From: Enterobacter phage KKP_3711
Sequence record: PP579741.1
DNA length: 64,000 nucleotides
Reading direction: 5' to 3' (one strand)
The stretch's first letter is position 1. Every line of letters starts with the position of its first letter. This document shows, piece by piece, positions 1 to 7,292 of this stretch. The notes beneath the pieces were generated by a model. It saw nothing but the letters and a program-made list of their open reading frames with translations. It searched no databases and was not told the DNA's origin. The position numbers were made by a program, and so were the translations under genes.

Positions 1-5
1 AACTA

Positions 6-218
6 GTGATGAAACGTTTACTAGATATTTTCGGTGGTAAAGATGGTGGTTGTTCTTTTGTTGATCTTCGGGCTTTTGTCGCGCATTGCGAAGGTGAAGC
101 GATCACTAGAATTTTAGCACATATGGGCAAACTCCTAGATGTTGCTGAAGTAGCCACTGATGTAACTATTGATGATTTACCTGATTGGGCAAAAGAACAT
201 GCAAAAACTCTTAGTTAA
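6..218 (+). CDS. hypothetical protein (70 aa)
   Basis: ORF in track at window start; + strand tiling with early genes. Confidence 0.3.
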   Translation: MMKRLLDIFGGKDGGCSFVDLRAFVAHCEGEAITRILAHMGKLLDVAEVATDVTIDDLPDWAKEHAKTLS

Positions 219-468
219 TTTTAAATGTTGTAAATCACAAAGAGTATTTACACACTATGGGCAGTTTTTAACATGTGATTGTGGTAAATCTTTTTTCGAC
301 AGTGGTGATGGTTTTTATCGTCGTAGCTGCGGAGAAATGGATATTACTAATCTAGTAGATTCATTTAATTATGAGTGTCATGAATGCGGTAATAAAGAAC
401 CTCTTCATGGTAATAAAGTTTGTGATGTATGTGGTTCTGATCACATACATATAAGAACCGACGATTGA
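169..468 (+). CDS. small Cys-rich zinc-finger-like protein (99 aa)
   Basis: Multiple CxxC/CxC pairs (CDCG, CHECG, CDVCG); stop overlaps start of downstream tRNA. Confidence 0.4.
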   Translation: MMIYLIGQKNMQKLLVNFKCCKSQRVFTHYGQFLTCDCGKSFFDSGDGFYRRSCGEMDITNLVDSFNYECHECGNKEPLHGNKVCDVCGSDHIHIRTDD

Positions 469-532
469 CCGAGTGACTAGGTAAAGGATTGCAAACCCTT
501 TAAGGCTGGTTAAAATCCAGTATCGTCGTCCA
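459..532 (+). tRNA. tRNA-Cys (GCA) candidate, atypical T-loop
   Basis: Perfect 7-bp acceptor CGACGAT/ATCGTCG, discriminator T plus CCA; anticodon loop TTGCAAA; T-loop TTAAAAT non-canonical. Confidence 0.5.
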
Positions 533-534
533 AT

Positions 535-674
535 TTACTGAAAGAGTTATCTAATTAACTCAGGCACGCGTAGGAACACAGCCACCGTAATTGAAAGATG
601 TGGCCCGGTTTGGAGAGGTATGCCGCTACACGCTACGGTGCTAACTCCGTCTAGGTGAAAATCCTAGTCAGTAA
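535..674 (+). ncRNA. long tRNA-like element (approx 140 nt) with 7-bp terminal complementarity and T-arm-like hairpin
   Basis: 5' TTACTGA pairs with 3' TCAGTAA; CTAGG-TGAAAAT-CCTAG hairpin next to 3' segment; internal 6-bp hairpin GAGTTA/TAACTC. Confidence 0.3.
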
Positions 675-684
675 TACTAATTTT

Positions 685-760
685 GGACATATCGTATAGT
701 GGTTTATTACGGAGGGCCGTTAACCCTTTTACCCAGGTTCGAATCCTGGTATGTCCGCCA
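685..760 (+). tRNA. tRNA-Asn (GTT)
   Basis: Perfect acceptor GGACATA/TATGTCC, G discriminator, encoded CCA; T-arm CCAGG-TTCGAAT-CCTGG; anticodon stem GAGGG/CCCTT, loop CCGTTAA. Confidence 0.6.
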
Positions 761-778
761 ATTTAACATGAGACCGTT

Positions 779-1294
779 ATGTTTCTACATGATTTAATTA
801 TTAAAAACATGCTTAATAGTAAGGTGTTACCTTCTGTTGATTTTAGTATTACTGCGTATCAAATAGCGTATTTTATGAAAGAATATGTTAGATTAAGCAA
901 TACAATAGGTAGTGCCAAGCATGCTGAACAAATATATAATGCAAAATTAGCTGCGTTATCTTTAGTAAAATATAAAAAAGATAACAATCTAAAAATTGGG
1001 GAAGGTTTTGTATATTTAATCTCTAATCCTGCATGGCCTAACATCTATAAAGTCGGGATGACTACTTCACCTAAAGACAGATTAAAACAATACCAAACTT
1101 ACTCTCCTTTCAGGGACTTTAAACTTCATCATTGGTCTTTTTGGTTTGACAAACGACAAGGTGAAAAATTTATACGACAGCTATCTGATTCGATTAGCCA
1201 TGAGTGGGTTAATATTGAGTCTAAGGAATTACAAAAGCATCTATCTAGGGTTAACACGTTAACAGATATTAATTCTGTACTTAAATATCTATAA
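779..1294 (+). CDS. T5orf172-domain protein (GIY-YIG-like, putative homing-type endonuclease family)
   Basis: Motif GFVYLISNPAWPNIYKVGMTTSPKDRLKQY resembles T5orf172/MUG113 domain; located inside tRNA cluster as in T5-like phages. Confidence 0.5.
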   Translation: MFLHDLIIKNMLNSKVLPSVDFSITAYQIAYFMKEYVRLSNTIGSAKHAEQIYNAKLAALSLVKYKKDNNLKIGEGFVYLISNPAWPNIYKVGMTTSPKDRLKQYQTYSPFRDFKLHHWSFWFDKRQGEKFIRQLSDSISHEWVNIESKELQKHLSRVNTLTDINSVLKYL

Positions 1295-1303
1295 GAAATT
1301 ATT

Positions 1304-1380
1304 GCGACCGGGGCTGGCTCGGTAATGGTACTCCCCTGTCACGGGAGAATATGCGGGTTCGAATCCCGTCGGTCGCGCCA
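1304..1380 (+). tRNA. tRNA-Asp (GTC)
   Basis: Acceptor GCGACCG/CGGTCGC, anticodon stem CTCCC/GGGAG loop CTGTCAC, T-loop TTCGAAT, CCA encoded. Confidence 0.75.
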
Positions 1381-1388
1381 TTTATAAT

Positions 1389-1465
1389 GCTTCCATAGCT
1401 CAACTGGTTAGAGCTACCGCCTCTTAAGCGGAGGGTTATAGGTTCAAGTCCTATTGGGAGTACCA
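1389..1465 (+). tRNA. tRNA-Lys (CTT)
   Basis: Acceptor GCTTCCA/TGGGAGT, D-arm GCTC-AACTGGTTA-GAGC, anticodon loop CTCTTAA, T-loop TTCAAGT, CCA. Confidence 0.7.
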
Positions 1466-1547
1466 AACATCGGAGCAGCGTGATGTACTGCAAAGACCCA
1501 AAGTCCGGGGTGGACTTCTTGATTCAAAGGAGCAGGCATTAATTATC

Positions 1548-1674
1548 GTTCTAGCGTGGCTGAGTGGGGAAGCCAGCTTGCCGAGGGTTGAGATACGGTT
1601 CGATTCCGTAGATAAATGGTACGCTCGTAATTCCGCACAAGTGATAGGAGGTTCAAGTCCTCCCTAGAACGCCA
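1548..1674 (+). ncRNA. tRNA-like element with roughly 50-nt insertion (127 nt); possible intron-containing or stable-RNA gene
   Basis: Perfect acceptor GTTCTAG/CTAGAAC plus G plus CCA; D-arm TGGC-TGAGTGGGGAA-GCCA; T-arm GGAGG-TTCAAGT-CCTCC; 73 nt between D- and T-arms contains a second T-arm-like hairpin TACGG-TTCGATT-CCGTA. Confidence 0.4.
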
Positions 1675-1679
1675 AATAT

Positions 1680-1753
1680 GCGTTCGTAGTTAAATGGTAT
1701 AATTTCTGGTTGCCAACCAGAGGTTGAGAGTTCGATTCTCTCCGACCGCACCA
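1680..1753 (+). tRNA. tRNA-Gly (GCC)
   Basis: Anticodon stem TCTGG/CCAGA loop TTGCCAA; T-arm GAGAG-TTCGATT-CTCTC; CCA; one 4:69 acceptor mismatch. Confidence 0.65.
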
Positions 1754-1853
1754 AATCTTTGTAGGTCGCGTCACCTATGGTGGGACTACAAGGTAAACAA
1801 GGCGATAAGTTCCGGCCGTTCAAGTCGCTAAAATCTTCTGAAAAACTGGTCGC

Positions 1854-2016
1854 AGTAGGCCTTTATGGCTTTGGCGGATACGCAGGAGTGTAAGTAAACG
1901 AAAGTTTACTTATTGAGTAGGTTCCGATAGATCGGCGGGTCTATTCTGGCATTTAAGAGAAGTCTCGCAAACTTCTTTGTCAGCCGTGAGGGTTGAACCT
2001 CCAGGTGGCCTACGCA
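1854..2016 (+). ncRNA. structured noncoding element (approx 160 nt) closed by 7-bp stem GTAGGCC/GGCCTAC
   Basis: Perfect terminal complementarity seen in sequence; ORF-free; lies between tRNA-Gly and tRNA-Thr. Confidence 0.25.
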
Positions 2017-2152
2017 ATAAGTAAATTTAATTCTAGTAATTATAAAGTGATTAGATTATATCGCCATATAAGATATTTGCAAGATCGTAGGAAGTACAGG
2101 TTGGCGACAGGGCTACAATGCGATCATTTAATTACTAGAAATAATTTTATTT

Positions 2153-2226
2153 GCCTCTTTAGTTAAATGGTATAACAATTGCCTTGTAAGCATTTGTCGG
2201 TGGTTCGATTCCTCCAAGGGGCACCA
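2153..2226 (+). tRNA. tRNA-Thr (TGT)
   Basis: Acceptor GCCTCTT/AAGGGGC, D-arm GTTA-AATGGTA-TAAC, anticodon loop CTTGTAA, T-loop TTCGATT, CCA. Confidence 0.6.
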
Positions 2227-2550
2227 AATTTCTCTACATAGTTCCTCCTAAAGAGGTCAGAGAATAGACTCGGAGACCTGAGACTAGAAATAGTACCGAG
2301 TCCCTAACCTTCACTACTAAAGTATAAGGTTGTGAGCGCGATGCCACGTAAAAGGTCTACAGGATAGGTGCGTAACTGATCATCGAATGCACGTTAAAAA
2401 CAAAATAGATCGCACTTATCAAAGTATGGCGGCCTATCAACCCGCACCTATGACAGAATATAAGGAACTCTATCGGCATGCAAAGATCCCCTTATGTTAG
2501 CTGCTCCTCTAGGTTAAAACAGAAATGATAAGCTACAAGCCTGGGTTAGC

Positions 2551-2566
2551 CCTCCTTCGGGAGGGC
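2551..2566 (+). other. stable hairpin CCCTCC-TTCG-GGAGGG in 5' leader of ORF 2602
   Basis: 6-bp GC stem with UUCG tetraloop directly seen; preceded by the conserved aagctacaagcct motif. Confidence 0.4.
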
Positions 2567-2601
2567 AATACTCTTACTACTAATACTACTAAGGAAATAC
2601 T

Positions 2602-2871
2602 ATGTACACACTAAAAATTATTCGCAAACTTCCTGCGGGGACAAAGATATTTGATTCAGTACCTTTTGAAGTAGATGAAGAAGAACATTTTATTGAACTA
2701 AATATCGATGTAAGGGTTCAGTATCATTTTAAAGGCTATGATAGCATAAAGCCAGATGCGGTTATTGCTTCGATTGTATCCGACGACAAAACCATTTTTG
2801 TTCATAAAAATGAGGCTGCGTATCTTATGAATGACCAAGGTCAGACAGTTAAGATTATTCATCGAGTATAA
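2602..2871 (+). CDS. hypothetical protein (89 aa)
   Basis: ORF with RBS aaggaaat upstream; terminator hairpin downstream. Confidence 0.5.
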   Translation: MYTLKIIRKLPAGTKIFDSVPFEVDEEEHFIELNIDVRVQYHFKGYDSIKPDAVIASIVSDDKTIFVHKNEAAYLMNDQGQTVKIIHRV

Positions 2872-2880
2872 GGTTTAATA

Positions 2881-2903
2881 AGCCACTTCGGTGGCTTTGT
2901 ATA
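2881..2903 (+). terminator. rho-independent terminator candidate
   Basis: AGCCAC-TTCG-GTGGCT hairpin followed by T-rich tract. Confidence 0.45.
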
Positions 2904-2912
2904 AAAATTCAT

Positions 2913-2941
2913 TTGCTTTTCTTCTTATTTTAACGTATAAT
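2913..2941 (+). promoter_or_regulatory. T5-type early sigma70 promoter
   Basis: TTGCTT-N17-TATAAT then ttataaattgatgag plus RBS. Confidence 0.55.
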
Positions 2942-2971
2942 ATATTTATAAATTGATGAGAAGGTAAACAA

Positions 2972-3169
2972 ATGAAAAAGTTAGTATTGTTATCTGTATT
3001 TTTATTAAGTGGCTGTTTTAAGTTGGATTCAACCATAAATAAAGAATATGAATTTGCAAAAAACTTTTGTGGTAGTGAAAATAATATAGAAGCTTTTTAT
3101 ATTTATAGTACTATGCCTAGCACTGTATATTGTACAGATAGACGAAAAATAGATATACCACCACAATAA
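2972..3169 (+). CDS. small lipoprotein (65 aa)
   Basis: Signal peptide MKKLVLLSVFLLSGC with lipobox LSGC. Confidence 0.5.
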   Translation: MKKLVLLSVFLLSGCFKLDSTINKEYEFAKNFCGSENNIEAFYIYSTMPSTVYCTDRRKIDIPPQ

Positions 3170-3175
3170 AATTAA

Positions 3176-3251
3176 CGGTGCGTAGCTCAGTAGATAGAGC
3201 GCTTGCTTTGGGAGCATGGGGTCGCAGGTTTGAGTCCTGCCGCGCCGACCA
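3176..3251 (+). tRNA. tRNA-Pro (TGG)
   Basis: Acceptor CGGTGCG/CGCGCCG, D-arm GCTC-AGTAGATA-GAGC, anticodon loop TTTGGGA, T-loop TTTGAGT, CCA. Confidence 0.65.
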
Positions 3252-3256
3252 GATTT

Positions 3257-3335
3257 GGGGAATGGGTCTGCTTGGAGTGGACACCTCGCTTGCACCGAGG
3301 ATAGCAGAAGAGTTCGAATCTCTTATTCTCCACCA
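3257..3335 (+). tRNA. tRNA-Ala (TGC)
   Basis: Acceptor GGGGAAT/ATTCTCC, perfect anticodon stem CCTCG/CGAGG loop CTTGCAC, T-arm AAGAG-TTCGAAT-CTCTT, CCA. Confidence 0.65.
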
Positions 3336-3341
3336 AATTAT

Positions 3342-3419
3342 AGATCGATAGCTCAATTGGTTCAGAGCACTCGCCTTTTAAGCGATAGGTTCGGGGTTCA
3401 AGTCCCCGTCGGTCTACCA
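3342..3419 (+). tRNA. tRNA-Lys (TTT)
   Basis: Acceptor AGATCGA/TCGGTCT, D-arm GCTC-AATTGGTTCA-GAGC, anticodon loop CTTTTAA, T-arm CGGGG-TTCAAGT-CCCCG, CCA. Confidence 0.65.
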
Positions 3420-3439
3420 ACTTTAACTAGGAAAATTGA

Positions 3440-3601
3440 ATGAAACTATTTCGACTTAAAGTAAGTGATTCCAGATCTAGCAAAGATCGTTCTAAGTATT
3501 TAATTGCTCGTTATGCACGAGACGAAGAATCTCTTATGTCTGAAATGAAAACTCATGGATATTTAAACATTCATTCTGTTAAGGAAGTATATGTCTACTA
3601 A
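3440..3601 (+). CDS. small hypothetical protein (53 aa)
   Basis: ATG after RBS ggaaaattga; open frame ending at TAA 3599-3601; below the 60-aa ORF-track cutoff. Confidence 0.3.
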   Translation: MKLFRLKVSDSRSSKDRSKYLIARYARDEESLMSEMKTHGYLNIHSVKEVYVY

Positions 3602-3782
3602 ATTCCATGAACTGAAACAAGAGCTAGAAGAGTTAGCTTGTCCAGAATGTTTTGGAGCTGGTGAATGGGACGATGCAGAGCCAGGTGATATTTACTTTAA
3701 TACCTATAAATGCTCTCATTGTGAAGGTACTGGTATTAATCCTCTTTATACTGTTTCTCTTTTTGTAGGGGTTTCTAAGTAA
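3591..3782 (+). CDS. small zinc-ribbon protein (63 aa)
   Basis: CPECFG ... CSHCEG paired CxxC motifs. Confidence 0.45.
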   Translation: MSTKFHELKQELEELACPECFGAGEWDDAEPGDIYFNTYKCSHCEGTGINPLYTVSLFVGVSK

Positions 3783-4114
3783 TGGATATTTATACTACTC
3801 CAGCAGTAAATCTTATTGGTTCATGTTTAGTACATTTTCGTTTCTTCCAAACGGATGATAGTAAAGAAGAAGTTACTGTACCTCTGATGGATTTTCAGAT
3901 TGAAGATTTCTTTACAGAAGTTAAAAACCTATCTAACTTTGAATATGGTATGGATCGTGATGATTTTGATATTGAATATCCAACGATCTCTCGTTATTTC
4001 CTAGATAAATCAGATGCTCGCTTTGAAAAAGTAGAACATATGGAAGTAGCTTGGGCTATTCAGTTTGAGATCACTGGTTTTGCTCGATATATTCAAGGCT
4101 TTGAACTTGTATGA
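3782..4114 (+). CDS. hypothetical protein (110 aa)
   Basis: ORF overlapping upstream stop (TAATG). Confidence 0.5.
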   Translation: MDIYTTPAVNLIGSCLVHFRFFQTDDSKEEVTVPLMDFQIEDFFTEVKNLSNFEYGMDRDDFDIEYPTISRYFLDKSDARFEKVEHMEVAWAIQFEITGFARYIQGFELV

Positions 4115-4245
4115 GTATTAGACCATTTGTTGAGCGACTAAAGCCACTAATTAGTTACTATGATGTAGTAATGGCTGTTAGATTAAAGTTTAAATTATCT
4201 ACACTTCAAGCTATTGAAGAAGTAGATAAATATTACTAGGATTAT

Positions 4246-4322
4246 GCACCGCTGGTCCAATTGGCAGAGGCAAGAGACTTAAAATCTCACGGTTCCCGGT
4301 TCGAATCCGGGGCGGTGTACCA
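4246..4322 (+). tRNA. tRNA with anticodon UAA (Leu-type decoding) but class-I short variable arm and weak D-stem
   Basis: Acceptor GCACCGC/GCGGTGT, anticodon stem GAGA/TCTC loop CTTAAAA, T-arm CCCGG-TTCGAAT-CCGGG, CCA. Confidence 0.5.
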
Positions 4323-4326
4323 AACT

Positions 4327-4403
4327 GGTTCCTTAGCTCAACTGGTTAGAGCAATCAACTCATAATTGAAAGGTTCTCGGATCATACCCGAGAGGAGCCA
4401 CCA
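4327..4403 (+). tRNA. tRNA-Met (CAT)
   Basis: Acceptor GGTTCCT/AGGAGCC, D-arm GCTC-AACTGGTTA-GAGC, anticodon loop CTCATAA, T-arm CTCGG-ATCATAC-CCGAG (atypical loop), CCA. Confidence 0.6.
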
Positions 4404-4409
4404 AACAAT

Positions 4410-4487
4410 CGCGGGTTAAATCTCTGGTAGAGATTGCAGGTCTCATAAGCCTGAAAGAGGTCGGTTCGATTCCGGCACCCGCTACCA
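4410..4487 (+). tRNA. tRNA with CAU anticodon (Met/fMet/Ile2 type), 1:72 mismatch
   Basis: D-arm ATCT-CTGGTAG-AGAT, anticodon stem CAGGT/GCCTG loop CTCATAA, T-arm GTCGG-TTCGATT-CCGGC, CCA; C1 unpaired with T72. Confidence 0.55.
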
Positions 4488-4545
4488 ATTTAGTGAACTA
4501 ATTGTTCACTACTCAATATTTACTTTGACAAGTGAGGATTGAATA

Positions 4546-4746
4546 GTGATTACAAAAGAATTTGAAGTAGTACCTATGCTTACGAAGGCATATTGTAATG
4601 AATGTGGTGGAGAGTTGAAATATTCAGGTGGAACACTACTGTCTAGCCCTCCTAAATTTCCACATGCGTGTGCTGAGTGTGGTGCTACTGAATCATTGAA
4701 TGATGTTTACCCAACAATTAACTTTAAGGAAGTAACAAATGGCTAA
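4546..4746 (+). CDS. small zinc-ribbon protein (66 aa)
   Basis: CNECGG ... CAECG motifs. Confidence 0.45.
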   Translation: MITKEFEVVPMLTKAYCNECGGELKYSGGTLLSSPPKFPHACAECGATESLNDVYPTINFKEVTNG

Positions 4747-5107
4747 AGATAAATCTAGTATCCCAGCATTTTTCTGGCACATGCTCAGTGAAACAGCAAT
4801 TAGTTTAGGCTGGGATATGGAAGATGATGAGGCGATGTACACTCTGCTGCAACCTCATCATCATGAAGTAATGTTCTCTCTTAAAGGTCGTGAAGGTACT
4901 GCTGTTACAGTTGCTGATTTAGTAGAACTATCTAAAGGCAATCTGGATAATGCTAACTTTAAGACTTTTGCTACAGGTCTGCTAGAGTTAGTTAAAAATG
5001 ATAAAGATACAGAACTTACAGATGCAACACCTATGATGGTTTCTATGCATTCTGGTTCTAGTGATTATTTCACGTATGAAATGCTGAAAGATTACGTAGG
5101 AGCCTAA
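4739..5107 (+). CDS. hypothetical protein (122 aa)
   Basis: ORF overlaps upstream stop by 8 nt; compact operon. Confidence 0.5.
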   Translation: MAKDKSSIPAFFWHMLSETAISLGWDMEDDEAMYTLLQPHHHEVMFSLKGREGTAVTVADLVELSKGNLDNANFKTFATGLLELVKNDKDTELTDATPMMVSMHSGSSDYFTYEMLKDYVGA

Positions 5108-5344
5108 ATGATTCTGCTTCAATTTAATGAAAGATTTACTAATTACCCACGACCAGGTACTTCAGTTTCTCAATCTACTGAAACCCGTCGTAAAGTAATT
5201 GTTCTACATAATTATATTGAAATTATTGAACAAGAAAATGGTACTTGTATCATTAATGATAACAAAATAGCACACACTTACCGTCCGCTAGAGAGTTATG
5301 TAGAAATTCTTGATAAGTTAGCCAAAGTAGTGGATATTGCATAA
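5108..5344 (+). CDS. hypothetical protein (78 aa)
   Basis: Start ATG adjacent to upstream TAA. Confidence 0.5.
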   Translation: MILLQFNERFTNYPRPGTSVSQSTETRRKVIVLHNYIEIIEQENGTCIINDNKIAHTYRPLESYVEILDKLAKVVDIA

Positions 5345-5350
5345 TTTTAC

Positions 5351-5379
5351 TTGCTAAAAGCTATGAGAATTGATATAAT
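5351..5379 (+). promoter_or_regulatory. T5-type early sigma70 promoter
   Basis: TTGCTA-N17-TATAAT immediately upstream of tRNA-Gly(TCC). Confidence 0.55.
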
Positions 5380-5401
5380 ATTCTCATAGTTTGAAACAAA
5401 A

Positions 5402-5476
5402 GCGTGATTAGTTCAGTGGCTAGAATAACTGGCTTCCACCCAGTAGACACGAGTTCGACTCTCGTATCCCGCACCA
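5402..5476 (+). tRNA. tRNA-Gly (TCC)
   Basis: Perfect anticodon stem ACTGG/CCAGT loop CTTCCAC; T-arm ACGAG-TTCGACT-CTCGT; CCA; one acceptor mismatch. Confidence 0.65.
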
Positions 5477-5569
5477 AATTTAAGCTATTAACCAGCCAAT
5501 GTCATCAGGGGTGCTGATCTTCTGCCTTGAATGCGACTTGTTAATAGTGAGGAAGATCAAGGAATTAAT

Positions 5570-5645
5570 GCTCTGATAGTTCAACAGGTTAGAACAGGCG
5601 ACCGATAATCGTCAAATCTTGGTTCGATCCCAAGTCGGAGTACCA
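5570..5645 (+). tRNA. tRNA-Ile (GAT)
   Basis: Acceptor GCTCTGA/TCGGAGT, D-arm GTTC-AACAGGTTA-GAAC, anticodon loop CCGATAA, T-arm CTTGG-TTCGATC-CCAAG, CCA. Confidence 0.65.
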
Positions 5646-5650
5646 AATAA

Positions 5651-5727
5651 GGTCAGTTGGCAGAGATGGTTATGCACCTCCTTCATACGGAGCGACCACA
5701 GTGGTTCGAGTCCACTATTGACCACCA
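5651..5727 (+). tRNA. tRNA with CAU anticodon (third CAU tRNA; Met/fMet/Ile2)
   Basis: Acceptor GGTCAGT/ATTGACC, anticodon loop TTCATAC, T-arm AGTGG-TTCGAGT-CCACT, CCA. Confidence 0.55.
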
Positions 5728-5733
5728 TTTAAA

Positions 5734-5808
5734 GCTCGCTTAGTTCATCGGTTAGAATGCTAGCCTTACATGCTAGAGAGGATAGTTCGATTCTATCAGC
5801 GAGTACCA
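5734..5808 (+). tRNA. tRNA-Val (TAC)
   Basis: Acceptor GCTCGCT/AGCGAGT, perfect anticodon stem CTAGC/GCTAG loop CTTACAT, T-arm GATAG-TTCGATT-CTATC, CCA. Confidence 0.7.
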
Positions 5809-5961
5809 AACATGTAGTGAAAGCTATGATGAGACTGGATGTCTAAAGTCTATAAAGATATGGCAGTGACACTCTGGAAGTAGACAGAGATTTTAACTAA
5901 GGAAGTCATTCCTTGTGCTTGAACTTCCTTACTTAAGATAACCAACAACAAAGGAAATGCT

Positions 5962-6123
5962 ATGTCTCATAAAATTGCTAAACGTGTTCGTAAGATGCTG
6001 AAAACTGAAGGTGTTGATGTTACCAATGCTTTCTATATGTATGATAAGACCGGATCTATCGTGCTCGATAAGAGTGGTCGCAAAACCTATAAAGAAGCTA
6101 AAAAGCTAGCGAAGGCTCAGTAA
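5962..6123 (+). CDS. small basic protein (53 aa)
   Basis: RBS aaaggaaatgct then ATG; Lys/Arg-rich; below ORF-track cutoff. Confidence 0.35.
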   Translation: MSHKIAKRVRKMLKTEGVDVTNAFYMYDKTGSIVLDKSGRKTYKEAKKLAKAQ

Positions 6124-6124
6124 T

Positions 6125-6310
6125 ATGGGAGAACGTAACGCTGCTGTGCTAGCTCTGCAAGAGAAGCTAGACAAAAATCAAAGACAGATTGATCAACTCC
6201 AAAGCGAGATAGAATATCAATTGCAAGAAATAGAGAACAGAAGAGCTAATATTAAATTTTACGAAGAAGATCAAGCAGCTCTACGTAAAGCAATAGATAA
6301 ACTCAGTTAA
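6125..6310 (+). CDS. small coiled-coil protein (61 aa)
   Basis: Start overlaps upstream stop; Q/E-rich heptad-like sequence. Confidence 0.45.
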   Translation: MGERNAAVLALQEKLDKNQRQIDQLQSEIEYQLQEIENRRANIKFYEEDQAALRKAIDKLS

Positions 6311-6318
6311 TTTTTTAA

Positions 6319-6347
6319 TTGCTAAATATATAAAAAGTTGATATAAT
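6319..6347 (+). promoter_or_regulatory. T5-type early sigma70 promoter
   Basis: TTGCTA-N17-TATAAT then tatataaattgatgg motif and a 9-bp hairpin TTGATGGTA/TACCATCAA at the transcript start. Confidence 0.55.
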
Positions 6348-6610
6348 ATTTATATAAATTGATGGTAGGCAATCTTGTTTACCATCAATAGTTTTCTAAG
6401 GAATTAGTCTGACACTGAACCGGCTACCAAAAAGCACGACCATATCGGTACCCTGCGTGGGCTTGGAATTGGGAAGGACGGGAGTGGTTCTCCGTAAGGT
6501 CTGGTAAACCTAGAGTGTAATGTGTTTGTGAAGAGCGAATATCCAAGTCTGGCTAATGACACTGGGTATTACGCGCACCGGATTAATTGCCTTAGAGAAT
6601 TGGAGGTTTT
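6348..6610 (+). ncRNA. candidate promoter-driven noncoding RNA / long structured 5' leader (approx 260 nt)
   Basis: No ORF between strong promoter and ATG 6611; starts with a hairpin; GC-richer than the flanks. Confidence 0.3.
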
Positions 6611-6787
6611 ATGTTTCTAATAAAAACTACTAATTGGAAATGTAATTGCGGTTGCAATATATTTCACCACTTAAGCTATGGTTGTGATGGTGCTTGCGAG
6701 ACTTGCATTAATATACAATGCAAGAAATGTAAGAGCCACTATGAATTATGGGACAGTAGCGAAATTAAGTGGAAAGAAGTTAATTAA
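6611..6787 (+). CDS. small Cys-rich zinc-finger protein (58 aa)
   Basis: RBS ggaggtttt-ATG; CNCGCN ... CDGACETC ... CKKCKSH motifs. Confidence 0.4.
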   Translation: MFLIKTTNWKCNCGCNIFHHLSYGCDGACETCINIQCKKCKSHYELWDSSEIKWKEVN

Positions 6788-6792
6788 ATAAT

Positions 6793-6875
6793 GGGGATGT
6801 GGTGAAATTGGTAGACACGCGAGCCTTAGGTGTTCGTTCGTAAGAGTGTGGGTTCGAGTCCCTCCATCCCTACCA
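6793..6875 (+). tRNA. tRNA-Leu (TAG), class II
   Basis: Perfect acceptor GGGGATG/CATCCCT, anticodon stem CGAGC/GTTCG loop CTTAGGT, long variable arm, T-loop TTCGAGT, CCA. Confidence 0.7.
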
Positions 6876-6880
6876 AATTT

Positions 6881-6974
6881 GGAAGAGCAAATCGACTTGG
6901 TGACGAAAACCGCTTGGAAAGTGGCTGACTTGTGAAAAGCAGGCTTGAGAGTTCGAATCTCTCTTCTTCCGCCA
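6881..6974 (+). tRNA. tRNA-Ser (GGA), class II
   Basis: Acceptor GGAAGAG/TTCTTCC, anticodon loop TTGGAAA, long variable arm, T-arm GAGAG-TTCGAAT-CTCTC, CCA. Confidence 0.6.
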
Positions 6975-6986
6975 GTTAAGGATTAT

Positions 6987-7211
6987 ATGATAAAGAAAAT
7001 CCTAAAACGTTTATTTTGCAAGCATAAATGGGAATTAACTAGAACCATTCATGGTGACGAAGCAATGTTTACGTTTAAAAGATCAGTATACACTTGTTTT
7101 AAATGTAATGCAGTTCAATACTGCAAAGATTATCCTGATGAAATAAAATTAGAGAAATATCTTAAACGATGTGAACAAGTGTCTAGATACAAAGGTATTA
7201 TTGGAAGATAG
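6987..7211 (+). CDS. small Cys-rich protein (74 aa)
   Basis: ATG after RBS aaggat; track ORF 6945 begins inside the tRNA so the later start is preferred; stop overlaps the next tRNA. Confidence 0.45.
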   Translation: MIKKILKRLFCKHKWELTRTIHGDEAMFTFKRSVYTCFKCNAVQYCKDYPDEIKLEKYLKRCEQVSRYKGIIGR

Positions 7212-7287
7212 TGCTCATGGGAGCAAGCAGACTTGAAATCTGTCGCCATCGGTAACGGTGAGGGTTCGATTCCTTTATCTTCCGCCA
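7203..7287 (+). tRNA. tRNA-Ser (TGA), class II
   Basis: Perfect acceptor GGAAGAT/ATCTTCC, anticodon stem GCAGA/TCTGT loop CTTGAAA, long variable arm, T-loop TTCGATT, CCA. Confidence 0.65.
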
Positions 7288-7292
7288 AACTT

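Noticed and set aside
3029-3443. ORFs 3029-3295 -, 3117-3356 -, 3187-3420 - and 3255-3443 +
   Set aside because: They overlap three well-formed tRNA genes (Pro, Ala, Lys); the tRNA annotation is preferred.
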